Below, piece after piece: positions 40,069-49,640 of a stretch of DNA of 64,000 nt. How positions within the stretch are numbered: the first letter of the stretch is position 1; every line of letters begins with the position of its first letter. The notes beneath the pieces were generated by a model. The model searched no databases and was not told where the DNA came from. It saw nothing but the letters and a program-made list of their open reading frames with translations. Origin of the DNA: Bacilli bacterium (GTDB lineage: Bacteria > Bacillota_I > Bacilli_A > ML615J-28 > CAG-698); contig JAFSVH010000017.1 of NCBI GenBank assembly GCA_017450215.1, forward strand, positions 3,497 to 67,496. The letters run 5' to 3'. A program made the position numbers and the translations under genes.

Positions 40069-40674
40069 ATGAAAAATGTAATTGGATTAGAAAAATATAG
40101 GGAATATCAAAAGCGAATTAGCGAATTATCGAAAGAAGTAATGAAATATAGAAGTGAGAATGATGATACATCAGTTATGGAATTAATAAAAAACGAAGAA
40201 AAAAAGAAAAGTCTTGATAGATATTTCTTGCTTACTATCTTATTAGTTACTTTAGTTGTTGGAACAATTACTTCATTTCTTAAAATAATGGAAAAAACTA
40301 ATCTATTTTGGATAGATCTAGTAATTTATGGTTTGTGGGGAATTACTTTTATTGTCCTTTATAAAATAAATAAGCAAAAAAAGAAAAAATTAATAGCAAA
40401 AAGAGAAGGATTAATCTCAAAAGAGAGTGAAGTAATAAAGAATTATGAGAACGAACAGAGCAAAATTTATGATATTGTAGTTTACATCATAACATTAAAC
40501 GATTTTTATCACGAATTAATAAATGAAAGTGGTGAAAAATTAGAGGAAAAATGGCAGAAATTAACACAAAGAGTAATTGAAGCAATTAATGAAGATGTAA
40601 AATATGATGTATGCGTTCAAACTTATCAAAATTTCTTCAATGAATGGTTGAGAAAAAACGAAATATATGGATAA
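40069..40674 (+). CDS. Hypothetical membrane protein (2 TM plus cytoplasmic helical domain)
   Basis: Start moved to the ATG at 40069 with a GGGAGAG RBS; the ORF-track start is TTG at 40054. Overlaps the next gene by 8 nt. Confidence 0.4.
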   Translation: MKNVIGLEKYREYQKRISELSKEVMKYRSENDDTSVMELIKNEEKKKSLDRYFLLTILLVTLVVGTITSFLKIMEKTNLFWIDLVIYGLWGITFIVLYKINKQKKKKLIAKREGLISKESEVIKNYENEQSKIYDIVVYIITLNDFYHELINESGEKLEEKWQKLTQRVIEAINEDVKYDVCVQTYQNFFNEWLRKNEIYG

Positions 40675-41752
40675 AAAAAATATAGAAAATTTCTATAAAA
40701 ATTTAGAAAGTTTCAATTTAGAATTTAAGAACGAAAAAATCATTTACAACGGTAAAGAATTTTCAGAAAACGACTTTCTTAAAAAAGCGTGTTCTTTTTC
40801 TATTTTTAATGAAAAACAAATTAGTGTAAAAAATAATGCAATAATAGAGCTTCCAAGCACTATTGAGAAATTATTTTTACGAAACGTTTATAAAATGTCG
40901 ATTTTGGGCTTGTTTTTCCCTTGTACTTTATTTTTGTTAGTTTCGTTTATAACTTTTAGTCTCGGCGCTTTTTTACAAAATAACGCAAATTTTGCCAATT
41001 TTGCAAAAATGAGCTATATTTTGAGTTTTTTCTTCATTTTGGTCTTCTTGATTATGCTTGTGAAAATATTTTGTGGTGAAAAAGTGTTCGTTGAAGAGAA
41101 ATATGGGAAGAAGAGATTGACTCATATTTCAAAGAAAAAATACCAAGAAATGATGCAAGTATTCAAGTTAAATATTATTAATGAACATTATTATTTTGAT
41201 AATTTAAAATCTGTGAGCAAAAATCATGAATTAACAATGCGAGAATTTAGATATAATGATGTAAAAACAGTCTATAATCTGTTTAAAAATGCTAATGTTT
41301 GTAAGTATTTGATTGCAAAAGAATTTAGATGCGAAAAAGAAGCATATGAATTTGTAAAAAAATGTGTAAATGACTATAAAAATAAGCAAATTTTTAAGCT
41401 TGGAATTGAAATTAATGGTCATTTGATTGGTTATATTGGTCTTTCAACACATGATTTAAGTAAAAATACGTGCCAAATAATATATGCAATAGGTGAAGAG
41501 TATTGGGGAAACGGATATGTTTGTGAAGCAATAAGCTTATTTATCCCATATTTAAAGAAAAAAGGTAAAAATATTATTTATGCAGGGCATGTTGATGAGA
41601 ATTATGCATCTAAACGAGTTCTTGAAAAGAGTGGTTTTGTTAGATTTGAAGCAAAAGATTACGTTTTAGATATACATGGTTTTCCAAAACAAATTGTTTC
41701 TTATATATATGGTGAGTGTTTAGAAGACACAGATGAAAGCAAAAATGTATAA
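40667..41752 (+). CDS. Membrane-anchored GNAT family N-acetyltransferase (N-terminal 3-TM domain fused to a RimJ/RimL-like GNAT)
   Basis: N-terminal hydrophobic segments. C-terminal GNAT core (LGIEINGHLIGYIGL...EEYWGNGYVCEA...RVLEKSGF). Confidence 0.5.
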   Translation: MDKKNIENFYKNLESFNLEFKNEKIIYNGKEFSENDFLKKACSFSIFNEKQISVKNNAIIELPSTIEKLFLRNVYKMSILGLFFPCTLFLLVSFITFSLGAFLQNNANFANFAKMSYILSFFFILVFLIMLVKIFCGEKVFVEEKYGKKRLTHISKKKYQEMMQVFKLNIINEHYYFDNLKSVSKNHELTMREFRYNDVKTVYNLFKNANVCKYLIAKEFRCEKEAYEFVKKCVNDYKNKQIFKLGIEINGHLIGYIGLSTHDLSKNTCQIIYAIGEEYWGNGYVCEAISLFIPYLKKKGKNIIYAGHVDENYASKRVLEKSGFVRFEAKDYVLDIHGFPKQIVSYIYGECLEDTDESKNV

Positions 41753-41809
41753 AAGTATTTAATATTTTTGTATTTAGTGGTAAAATGATAATACCTTGGA
41801 GGTCTTTTT

Positions 41810-44200
41810 ATGAGAAAAAAGATATTTATATTAATTATTCTTTTCTTATTAATATTAGTAGTTGGATGTGGAGAAGAAAAAGAATTAAAAATTGTAGGTT
41901 CAAATAACTTAGAATTAGGATTTGAAGAAACATATAAATTATTTAGTGGTAGTGTTGAATTAGATTCTGAGAGTGCTTATTGGACTTCTAGTGATAGAAC
42001 AATCGCATTATGTAATAATGGAATAATAAAACCATTAAAAGAAGGTGTATGTGATATCACTGCAGTTCTAAAGAGTGACGGAACAAAGGTTGCAAAAACA
42101 ACAATAACTATTACTGATGCTTTGATTAAGGCAGTTGAAATATACTCACGTGAAGGATTTTCATTATATGTTGATGATGTATTATTGTTAGATTATAAAA
42201 TTTACCCTGAAAATGTGAATGTTGAAATGGTATGGTCTAGTAGTGATGAGTCAATAGCAACAGTTGATGATACTGGGTGTGTAACCGGTAAAAGCGTTGG
42301 TAGAACAACAATTAGATTACAAAGTGGTAAAGCAGTAAGTGAAGTTGAAGTTGTTGTAAAAGAAAGAATAACCGAATTGCAAATGACATCATCAAATAAT
42401 GCTATAGTTGGTCAATCTTTCAAAATGTCATTTAATGTTGAAGATGCTATAGTAACATTAGAAGATAATGATGGTATTATTGAAAAAATTGGTAACTATT
42501 ATTTTGCAAAAAAAGTAGGTACAGTAAAAGCTAAAGTTTCATCAAAATCTTTGTCATCATTAAAGAATGAATTTGAAATACATGTTTATGATGGAACTTC
42601 AATGGAAAAACTATGTAATAAGATGCATGTTAATAGTAATGTTGATACTGCAATAGTTAAAAATACAGCAAATACATTGAGTGATGTTCAAAAACTAGGA
42701 CAAATGATGGTTATGAATACGTCATTAAATAGTGTAAAAGAAGATGATGATGGTTTATATTTTACTGATACAGTTTCTGGTAGAATTCAAAAAGTATATT
42801 TAGTTGATTTCTATGAAAATAAATTCTTTGGTAATTATCATTATTCAAGTATTAATGGTGTAGATGATTCAAAAGAGACATTAAATCTATATTATAAATA
42901 TGCTTTTGCTACAAACACTATTGGATCATTAAACATTGTTAGTGCCAGTAGACTTAATTATCAAGGCTATTTCTCATATAAAATTAATAACAAAGGCATT
43001 GGAAATTTAGCACAAAATCAAGTTGAGACATATTATCAGAATATTGCTACACAATTAAAAGAGTTAGGTTATAACATAATAATTGAAGATGGTTATACAA
43101 GTTATAATGAATTAGGAGTATTCAAAAAAGATAATGTTGAGAATAATTATTATTCAACTGTAGCACGAAAATCATATGAAAAATTAGGTATTATGGTTGG
43201 ATATGATGTCGATTATCTAGAAGATTATAATAAAACAGCACAATGCTTGATTAATTTGGTGAACAATGATGTTGATTTTATTCAAATTGAATATAATGCA
43301 AATGATTTTTGTGATGGAAAGAGCACTATTGAATATTTAAGAGATGTTTTACAATATGAAGGAATAATATATTTAAATACTGACTATTATAATTTTGCTT
43401 ACGAGGATGATGAAGTTGGTTTAGCTTATGATTATTATTTAAACGCAATATTACAAGGTGCTGATTTAATTAATGCTCCACTATCTCTTTCTACAAGCCG
43501 TTGGTATCGTGATGGTTTTAATGAAATTGTTCTTCCTATGTGTGATAGATTAATCAATGAATATACATCTAATGATAAGTTAAAGCAAAGAATTGATGAA
43601 TCTGTTGAAAGAATCATTACAAAAAAATATGAATATAAATGTATTGAAGCAACAGAAATTAGTGAAAATGATATAGATCATTCTGCTACTAATAGAGCAG
43701 TATCTACAATATTGAAATCTTCTTATGAAGTAAGCGAAGGATTTAAGAAAATAGAAAAAGACAAGAATTTTATCGTTTTTGGATATCAATTTAATACAGG
43801 ATCATATTATGATGGTGGAAGAATTCAATATAATTTTGTGAAAAATGTTCAAGAAAGTTTTGGAAAAGATTATAAATTAACTGCTTATTCTAATTATTAT
43901 AGCGGATATGAATCATATAAAGATTCATATGATGTAAATGATCAAGTTGTTATATTGTTAAATTCTGAATATTATACTTATTCTTATGAGAGTAGTCATG
44001 GAAGGGTATATGATTCAATGGATTTAATTAATATGATTAAAGATATATATAAATTAGGTGTTACAAATATTCAAGTTATAGTGATTGGTAGTCCAAGCAT
44101 AGAAGCATCTTTACCAGATTATGTAGAAGTTATTCAGACAAATTCAAGTTACACAATTGGATTTAGTGAAATTATTGATATTTTAAAGAATGGTAAATAA
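41810..44200 (+). CDS. Large surface lipoprotein with N-terminal Big_2 (Ig-like) domains and an uncharacterised C-terminal region
   Basis: Signal peptide with lipobox VVGC. Repeated Big_2-like segments. TGGTAAAAT extended -10 promoter upstream. Confidence 0.5.
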   Translation: MRKKIFILIILFLLILVVGCGEEKELKIVGSNNLELGFEETYKLFSGSVELDSESAYWTSSDRTIALCNNGIIKPLKEGVCDITAVLKSDGTKVAKTTITITDALIKAVEIYSREGFSLYVDDVLLLDYKIYPENVNVEMVWSSSDESIATVDDTGCVTGKSVGRTTIRLQSGKAVSEVEVVVKERITELQMTSSNNAIVGQSFKMSFNVEDAIVTLEDNDGIIEKIGNYYFAKKVGTVKAKVSSKSLSSLKNEFEIHVYDGTSMEKLCNKMHVNSNVDTAIVKNTANTLSDVQKLGQMMVMNTSLNSVKEDDDGLYFTDTVSGRIQKVYLVDFYENKFFGNYHYSSINGVDDSKETLNLYYKYAFATNTIGSLNIVSASRLNYQGYFSYKINNKGIGNLAQNQVETYYQNIATQLKELGYNIIIEDGYTSYNELGVFKKDNVENNYYSTVARKSYEKLGIMVGYDVDYLEDYNKTAQCLINLVNNDVDFIQIEYNANDFCDGKSTIEYLRDVLQYEGIIYLNTDYYNFAYEDDEVGLAYDYYLNAILQGADLINAPLSLSTSRWYRDGFNEIVLPMCDRLINEYTSNDKLKQRIDESVERIITKKYEYKCIEATEISENDIDHSATNRAVSTILKSSYEVSEGFKKIEKDKNFIVFGYQFNTGSYYDGGRIQYNFVKNVQESFGKDYKLTAYSNYYSGYESYKDSYDVNDQVVILLNSEYYTYSYESSHGRVYDSMDLINMIKDIYKLGVTNIQVIVIGSPSIEASLPDYVEVIQTNSSYTIGFSEIIDILKNGK

Positions 44201-44205
44201 AATAT

Positions 44206-44233
44206 AAAGCTCACTTTTAAAAAGTGAGCTTTA
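44206..44233. terminator. Bidirectional terminator (AAAGCTCACTTTT-aa-AAAGTGAGCTTT)
   Basis: Perfect palindrome between convergent genes. Overlaps the stop codon of the HAD hydrolase gene. Confidence 0.6.
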
Positions 44234-45010
44234 TATCATTTTTATTAAGTCTTTTACAGAATCTACAATTAGGTTTGGTTTAATATCTGAATTGTTAATA
44301 GTTTCCATTGTTGATTCACCGCTTAATACACAAATAGTAAATGTGCCTGCATTAAATCCAGCAGTGATATCAGTATAAATTCTATCTCCAACTACTGCTA
44401 TATTTTCTGGTTTGATATTATATTTATTAGAAAGAATGTTAATCATATCTGGTGCAGGTTTACCGATGTACTTTGGTTTTTTGCCTGTTGCTGTAGTTAA
44501 CATATTACATATGCTTCCACAATCAGGAACATAACGATGGTTTTTAATAGGACAAACATAATCACAATTAGTTGCTAAGAAAAGAGCACCATCACATAAA
44601 AATTCACATGCTTTTTCTAATTTGTTATATGTAAGTTCACGATCAAAGCCTACTAATACAATATCTGGGTTTTCTTCAACAATTCTAACATCATACTTTA
44701 GTAATTCATCCCTTAAGGCGTTTGTGCCTACTAGATATATTTTTTTATTATTATAGTTTTCTTGTAAATACATTCCCATAGCCATGCCTGAGGTAAATAT
44801 ATTTTCTTCTTTAGCATAAAAACCTAGTCGGTTTAACTTGTCTAAATATTGTTTTTTAGATTTTGATGAGTTGTTAGTCAAATAAATTATTTTTTTGTGT
44901 TTCTTATTAATAGTATCAATAAATTCAATTGCGCCATCAAAGACATCATCATCTAAATAAATAGTACCATCCATATCAAGTAAAAACATTTCTATATTTT
45001 TTAAATCCAT
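44231..45010 (-). CDS. HAD-IIA family hydrolase (NagD/YutF-like sugar-phosphatase)
   Basis: Motif I DMDGT, motif II LTNNS and motif IV GDRIYTDI. Confidence 0.7.
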   Translation of the reverse strand: MDLKNIEMFLLDMDGTIYLDDDVFDGAIEFIDTINKKHKKIIYLTNNSSKSKKQYLDKLNRLGFYAKEENIFTSGMAMGMYLQENYNNKKIYLVGTNALRDELLKYDVRIVEENPDIVLVGFDRELTYNKLEKACEFLCDGALFLATNCDYVCPIKNHRYVPDCGSICNMLTTATGKKPKYIGKPAPDMINILSNKYNIKPENIAVVGDRIYTDITAGFNAGTFTICVLSGESTMETINNSDIKPNLIVDSVKDLIKMI

Positions 45011-45158
45011 ACTTTTATCCTTTTTTAATTATTTTAATATATTTTATCATTATAAAGATATTAACTCAAGTTAACAAAATAAAATTAGTGATAAAATAAA
45101 ATTTATATGATAAAATAATTTATGTTAATATTATGTATAATGATAAGAAGGTGTTAAT

Positions 45159-47111
45159 ATGGAGGAAAGCAGAAGTAATTATAGTCGAAACCCATATAAT
45201 TTCAAAATTGATTTTGAATTTAAAAAGCATAAATATAATGAATATGATGCTATAGTTGTAGGTGGTGGTCACGCTGGACTTGAAGCTGCTTTTGCTTTAG
45301 CTAGAACAAACAAAAGAACTTTAATGGTGGTTGGAAGTGTATATCGTATTGCTACAATGCCATGCAATCCATCAATTGGTGGCCCAGCTAAAGGAGTAAT
45401 AGTTCGTGAAATTGATGCTTTAGGTGGTGAGATGGGAAAAGCAACTGATGCCACTTTGCTTCAATTAAAAATGCTTAATAGCTCTAAAGGACCAGCAGTA
45501 AGGGCGTTAAGAGCACAAGCAGATAAAATTGAATATCCAAAATATATGATGAATGTTGTAAAAGAGACAAAAAATCTAGAAGTTTTAGAAGGATATGTAA
45601 CAAAAGTAAATGTTGATGAAAACAATAAAGTAATTGGCTTAGTAGTAAATGATGAGGAAATTAAAACAAAGGCAATTATTATTGCAAGTGGAACATATTT
45701 AGATTCATGCATTTTAGTTGGTCATACTAAATATCAATCTGGTCCAAATGATGAACCAACAACATCATTATTAAGTAAAAGCTTAAGAGAACTAGGATTA
45801 GAATTAATAAGACTTAAGACAGGTACTCCTGCAAGAATTGATAAAGATAGCATTGATTATAGTATGTTAGAGCCACAATATGGTGATGATATACCACATA
45901 GATTTAGTGAAACAACTAGTAATCCTATACCACTTGATAAACAAGTAACAGTATATTTAACTTATACTACTCCTGAAACACATAAGGTGATTAGAGATAA
46001 TTTGGATAAATCTAGTATGTATTCAGGACTTGTAGTTGGTGTAGGTCCAAGATATTGTCCATCAATTGAAGATAAATTAGTGAGATTTGCAGACAAAGAA
46101 AGACATCAATTGTTTATTGAGCCAGAAGGAAGAGAAATCTCAGAAATGTATGTTCAAGGATTTAGTACAAGTATGCCTCATGACGTTCAGGACTTAATGA
46201 TTCATAGTTTGTCTGGCTTTAAGAATGCTATAATAAAGAAATATGCATATGCAATAGAATATGATGCAATTAATCCACTAGAATTAAAAGGAAATTTGGA
46301 AACTAAAAAAATTGAGAATTTATTCTTTGCTGGTCAAGTTAATGGTACTAGTGGCTATGAAGAAGCTGCATGTCAAGGGTTAATGGCGGGAATTAATGCT
46401 TCGCTAAAAATTGATGGAAAAGAACCATTAATATTAAAGCGTAATGAAGCATATACTGGTGTGTTAATTGATGATCTGATTACAAAAGGAGTAAGAGATC
46501 CATATCGAATGCTTACATCAAGAGCTGAATATAGATTATTATTAAGACATGATAATAGTGAAGCGAGATTATTGAAGTATGGTCATGATGTAGGCTTAAT
46601 TAGCGATGATAGATATAATAAATTTGTTGAACTTCATAAAAGATATGAAGAACTTGATAATGAACTAAATGAAATTAAATTTAATCCAACAAAAGAAATA
46701 AATGATTATTTAATCTCTAAAGGCTTAGATGTTTTGAATCAAAAAACAAGTGCTTATGACTTGTTAAAGAGACCTAATGTTGAATTAAAGGATGTTGAAT
46801 ATTTATCAAATAAAAAAGTTGGATTAGATATTTTCCAAGAAGATGAATATGTAATAAGAATAAAATATGATGGATATATTAAAAAAGAAGAAAAACTTGC
46901 ACAAAGAATGTTACAAATGGAAGCAAGAACAATTCCTAGTGATATAGATTATGATGAAGTACCAAATATAGCTAGTGAAGCAAGGGATAAATTAAAGAAG
47001 GTTAGACCTATTAATATCTCACAAGCATCAAGAATTAGTGGAGTTAATCCAAGCGATATATCAATTTTACTAGTTTATTTAGAAGCCAAATATAGGAAAG
47101 CACAAAAATGA
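45159..47111 (+). CDS. mnmG: tRNA uridine 5-carboxymethylaminomethyl modification enzyme MnmG (GidA)
   Basis: FAD-binding motif VVGGGHAG and full-length MnmG similarity. AAGGTG RBS. Confidence 0.92.
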   Translation: MEESRSNYSRNPYNFKIDFEFKKHKYNEYDAIVVGGGHAGLEAAFALARTNKRTLMVVGSVYRIATMPCNPSIGGPAKGVIVREIDALGGEMGKATDATLLQLKMLNSSKGPAVRALRAQADKIEYPKYMMNVVKETKNLEVLEGYVTKVNVDENNKVIGLVVNDEEIKTKAIIIASGTYLDSCILVGHTKYQSGPNDEPTTSLLSKSLRELGLELIRLKTGTPARIDKDSIDYSMLEPQYGDDIPHRFSETTSNPIPLDKQVTVYLTYTTPETHKVIRDNLDKSSMYSGLVVGVGPRYCPSIEDKLVRFADKERHQLFIEPEGREISEMYVQGFSTSMPHDVQDLMIHSLSGFKNAIIKKYAYAIEYDAINPLELKGNLETKKIENLFFAGQVNGTSGYEEAACQGLMAGINASLKIDGKEPLILKRNEAYTGVLIDDLITKGVRDPYRMLTSRAEYRLLLRHDNSEARLLKYGHDVGLISDDRYNKFVELHKRYEELDNELNEIKFNPTKEINDYLISKGLDVLNQKTSAYDLLKRPNVELKDVEYLSNKKVGLDIFQEDEYVIRIKYDGYIKKEEKLAQRMLQMEARTIPSDIDYDEVPNIASEARDKLKKVRPINISQASRISGVNPSDISILLVYLEAKYRKAQK

Positions 47112-47770
47112 TAGATATCGAAACAATAAAACAAAATACTAAATTTAAGAAATATTACGAATTATTAGTTCAAGAAAATCAAAAATACAATTTAACATCA
47201 ATTACTGATGAAGAGGAAGTATACTATAAACATTTTTTAGATTGTGCTACAATTCTAAATTATTTTGATTTGAATGATAAAATAATTTGTGATGTGGGAA
47301 GTGGTGCTGGGTTTCCTGGTATGGTTCTAAAGATCTTGTGCCCAAGTATGAAACTATACATTGTTGAACCACTAGGGAAAAGATGTAAATTTCTAGAATT
47401 TGTAAAAAAAGAATTAGGATTAAAAGATGTCTTTATAATAAATGATAGAGTAGAGAAAATGAACGAATATAGAGAATGCTTTGATTTTGTCTTTGCTCGT
47501 GTAGTTTCTAATTTATCAATGTTAATAGAGTTATGTATTCCGATTGTGAAAGTAAAAGGATATTTTGTATCGATGAAGGGGAGCAATTATCAAGAGGAAG
47601 TTAATCTTGCTAGTAATGCACTTAAGAAGTTAGATTCAAAAATTGGAAGCATATATGAATATCAATTAGGTTCTTATGGTGTCCATTCATTAATTAAAAT
47701 CTTAAAAGATAAAAAGACCAATGGAAAGTATCCTAGGTCATATGCAAAAATCAAAAATGACACTTTGTAG
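47108..47770 (+). CDS. rsmG: 16S rRNA (guanine527-N7)-methyltransferase RsmG (GidB)
   Basis: SAM-binding motif DVGSGAGFPG. Overlaps mnmG by 4 nt. Confidence 0.85.
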   Translation: MIDIETIKQNTKFKKYYELLVQENQKYNLTSITDEEEVYYKHFLDCATILNYFDLNDKIICDVGSGAGFPGMVLKILCPSMKLYIVEPLGKRCKFLEFVKKELGLKDVFIINDRVEKMNEYRECFDFVFARVVSNLSMLIELCIPIVKVKGYFVSMKGSNYQEEVNLASNALKKLDSKIGSIYEYQLGSYGVHSLIKILKDKKTNGKYPRSYAKIKNDTL

Positions 47771-47837
47771 AAATATTTAAAAATTGCACTATATTAATAA
47801 GAAAGAAAATTAAAATAAAAAGGAAGATTCAAGGATT

Positions 47838-48614
47838 ATGGGAAAAATAATTGCTATCTCAAACCAGAAGGGTGGAGTTGGTAAAACTACCACTGCAATC
47901 AATTTAGCACATGCTTTATCAAGAAAAGAGAAGAAAGTATTATTAGTTGATCTTGATCAACAAGGTAATGCATCTTTAGGAGTAGGCTTAAATAGCGAAC
48001 TATTAAAAATATCTACATATGATTTATTAACAACTGATATTGAAACTAAAGATGTAATTTATAGTCCTATGGATTTGTCTTTTCATATTATTCCTGCATC
48101 TTTTAAGCTTGCATATGTTTATGAAAAAATGTTTGGTGTTAAGGACAAAGAATTGGTTCTTAAAAATAAATTATTTCAAATAAAGGATAATTATGATTTT
48201 ATTTTAATTGATTGTCCACCTACGATGGGATTATTAGTAGATAATGCATTATTTGCTGCAGATTCTGTGATTATTCCTGTCGAATGTAATTATTATGCTT
48301 ATACAGCTTTGACACAAGTGGTTAATCAAATTAATCAAATTCAAAAAGTAAAAAATACAATGGGATTATCATTAAAGATAGAAGGTGTATTATTAACAAA
48401 ATTTGATAATCGAAGTTTAGTAGGGTACAAAGTAATTGATAAAGTAAAAGAGATGTTTCCAAAAAACACTTTTAAAACAATTATTAATAGATCGAGTCAC
48501 ATCGAGGAAGCACCTATTTATGGGCAAACTGTAATTAAATATGCTTATAATTCTAAAGGAAGCAAGGATTACAGAGAATTAGCAAAAGAAATATTGGATA
48601 AAGGAGATAATTAA
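47838..48614 (+). CDS. soj: Chromosome partitioning ATPase Soj/ParA
   Basis: Walker A KGGVGKTTTAINLA; 258 aa; canonical Soj length. No parB/spo0J gene follows. Confidence 0.85.
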   Translation: MGKIIAISNQKGGVGKTTTAINLAHALSRKEKKVLLVDLDQQGNASLGVGLNSELLKISTYDLLTTDIETKDVIYSPMDLSFHIIPASFKLAYVYEKMFGVKDKELVLKNKLFQIKDNYDFILIDCPPTMGLLVDNALFAADSVIIPVECNYYAYTALTQVVNQINQIQKVKNTMGLSLKIEGVLLTKFDNRSLVGYKVIDKVKEMFPKNTFKTIINRSSHIEEAPIYGQTVIKYAYNSKGSKDYRELAKEILDKGDN

Positions 48615-48616
48615 CT

Positions 48617-49384
48617 ATGAATGGATTTCAAAAAATAGTTGAATGGTTTAAACAATATTCATATAAAATTGCATTGTGCCTTTTGGTGATTTTAGCTGTA
48701 TTAGTCATTGTGTTATTATTAAAATTATTGATAATGAAGCTAAAAAAGAAAGTAGATGTAAGAGGTCGAAAAATTGCTAGTTTAATTTATAGTATTGTGA
48801 AATATACAATTATATTGTTTTCTTTTTTTGTGATTCTTGCGATATGGGATTTTGATACAACAATTGGAGTAATATTATTTTCAATAGTGGTTTTAGTGAT
48901 TGGACTAAGTGCTATACCTTTGATAAGAGATATTATTAATGGTATATCAATTATATTTTCAAATACATATGCAGAAGGAGATGTAATTGAAGTAAATGGA
49001 TATAAAGGCAAGGTAATTGGATTTTCTATTTTTAAAACTAAAATTCAATTAAAGAATGGAAGTGTAGTTGTATTAGCAAATAACACAATTCAAAATGTAA
49101 TTAATTATTCAAAAGATTATGTAAATGCATCAATTAAAATAGAAATTACAGAACTTGATAGAGTTGATGAAATAATCAACATTATAGATAATACATTAAG
49201 TAATATTAAAGATAATGTAGATGGCATTGTTGAAGGGCCAAATCTAGTTGGCTTAGAAAAATATGAAAATGGGATAGCAACTTATAAAATTACAGCTAAG
49301 ACAACAATTGATGATTATAATAAGGTTATGAAAGGATTGCAAGAATATGCTCTAAAGATAACAAGAGAGCATAAAATAAGATAA
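48617..49384 (+). CDS. Small-conductance mechanosensitive channel (MscS) family protein
   Basis: N-terminal TM helices and an MscS-like beta-domain (GDVIEVNGYKGKVIGFSIFKTKIQLKNGSVVVLAN). Confidence 0.6.
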   Translation: MNGFQKIVEWFKQYSYKIALCLLVILAVLVIVLLLKLLIMKLKKKVDVRGRKIASLIYSIVKYTIILFSFFVILAIWDFDTTIGVILFSIVVLVIGLSAIPLIRDIINGISIIFSNTYAEGDVIEVNGYKGKVIGFSIFKTKIQLKNGSVVVLANNTIQNVINYSKDYVNASIKIEITELDRVDEIINIIDNTLSNIKDNVDGIVEGPNLVGLEKYENGIATYKITAKTTIDDYNKVMKGLQEYALKITREHKIR

Positions 49385-49385
49385 T

Positions 49386-49568
49386 ATGGAAAGTAAAACT
49401 GCAAATATTTATGATGTAGGTGATGTGATTTCTTTTAAGAAAAAGCATCCATGTGGTTCTTATGAATGGAAGGTAATAAAGATAGGCGTTGATTATAAAT
49501 TAGAATGTGTTGGCTGTGGAAGGCAAATAATTATTCCAAGAGTAAATTTAAAAAAGAAAATAAAATAA
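49386..49568 (+). CDS. DUF951-like small protein with a CxxC...CxxC motif
   Basis: 60 aa with CGSYEW...CVGCGRQI. In Firmicutes a similar small protein lies near the soj/spo0J locus. Confidence 0.45.
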   Translation: MESKTANIYDVGDVISFKKKHPCGSYEWKVIKIGVDYKLECVGCGRQIIIPRVNLKKKIK

Positions 49569-49592
49569 AACTCACAATTGTGAGTTTTTTAT
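49568..49592 (+). terminator. Intrinsic terminator (AAACTCACA-att-TGTGAGTTTTTT)
   Basis: Hairpin followed by a T-run immediately after the stop codon. Confidence 0.6.
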
Positions 49593-49640
49593 TTAATTCT
49601 ATTTGTCAATATGGTATAATCATATAAAAAGGTGATTAAA

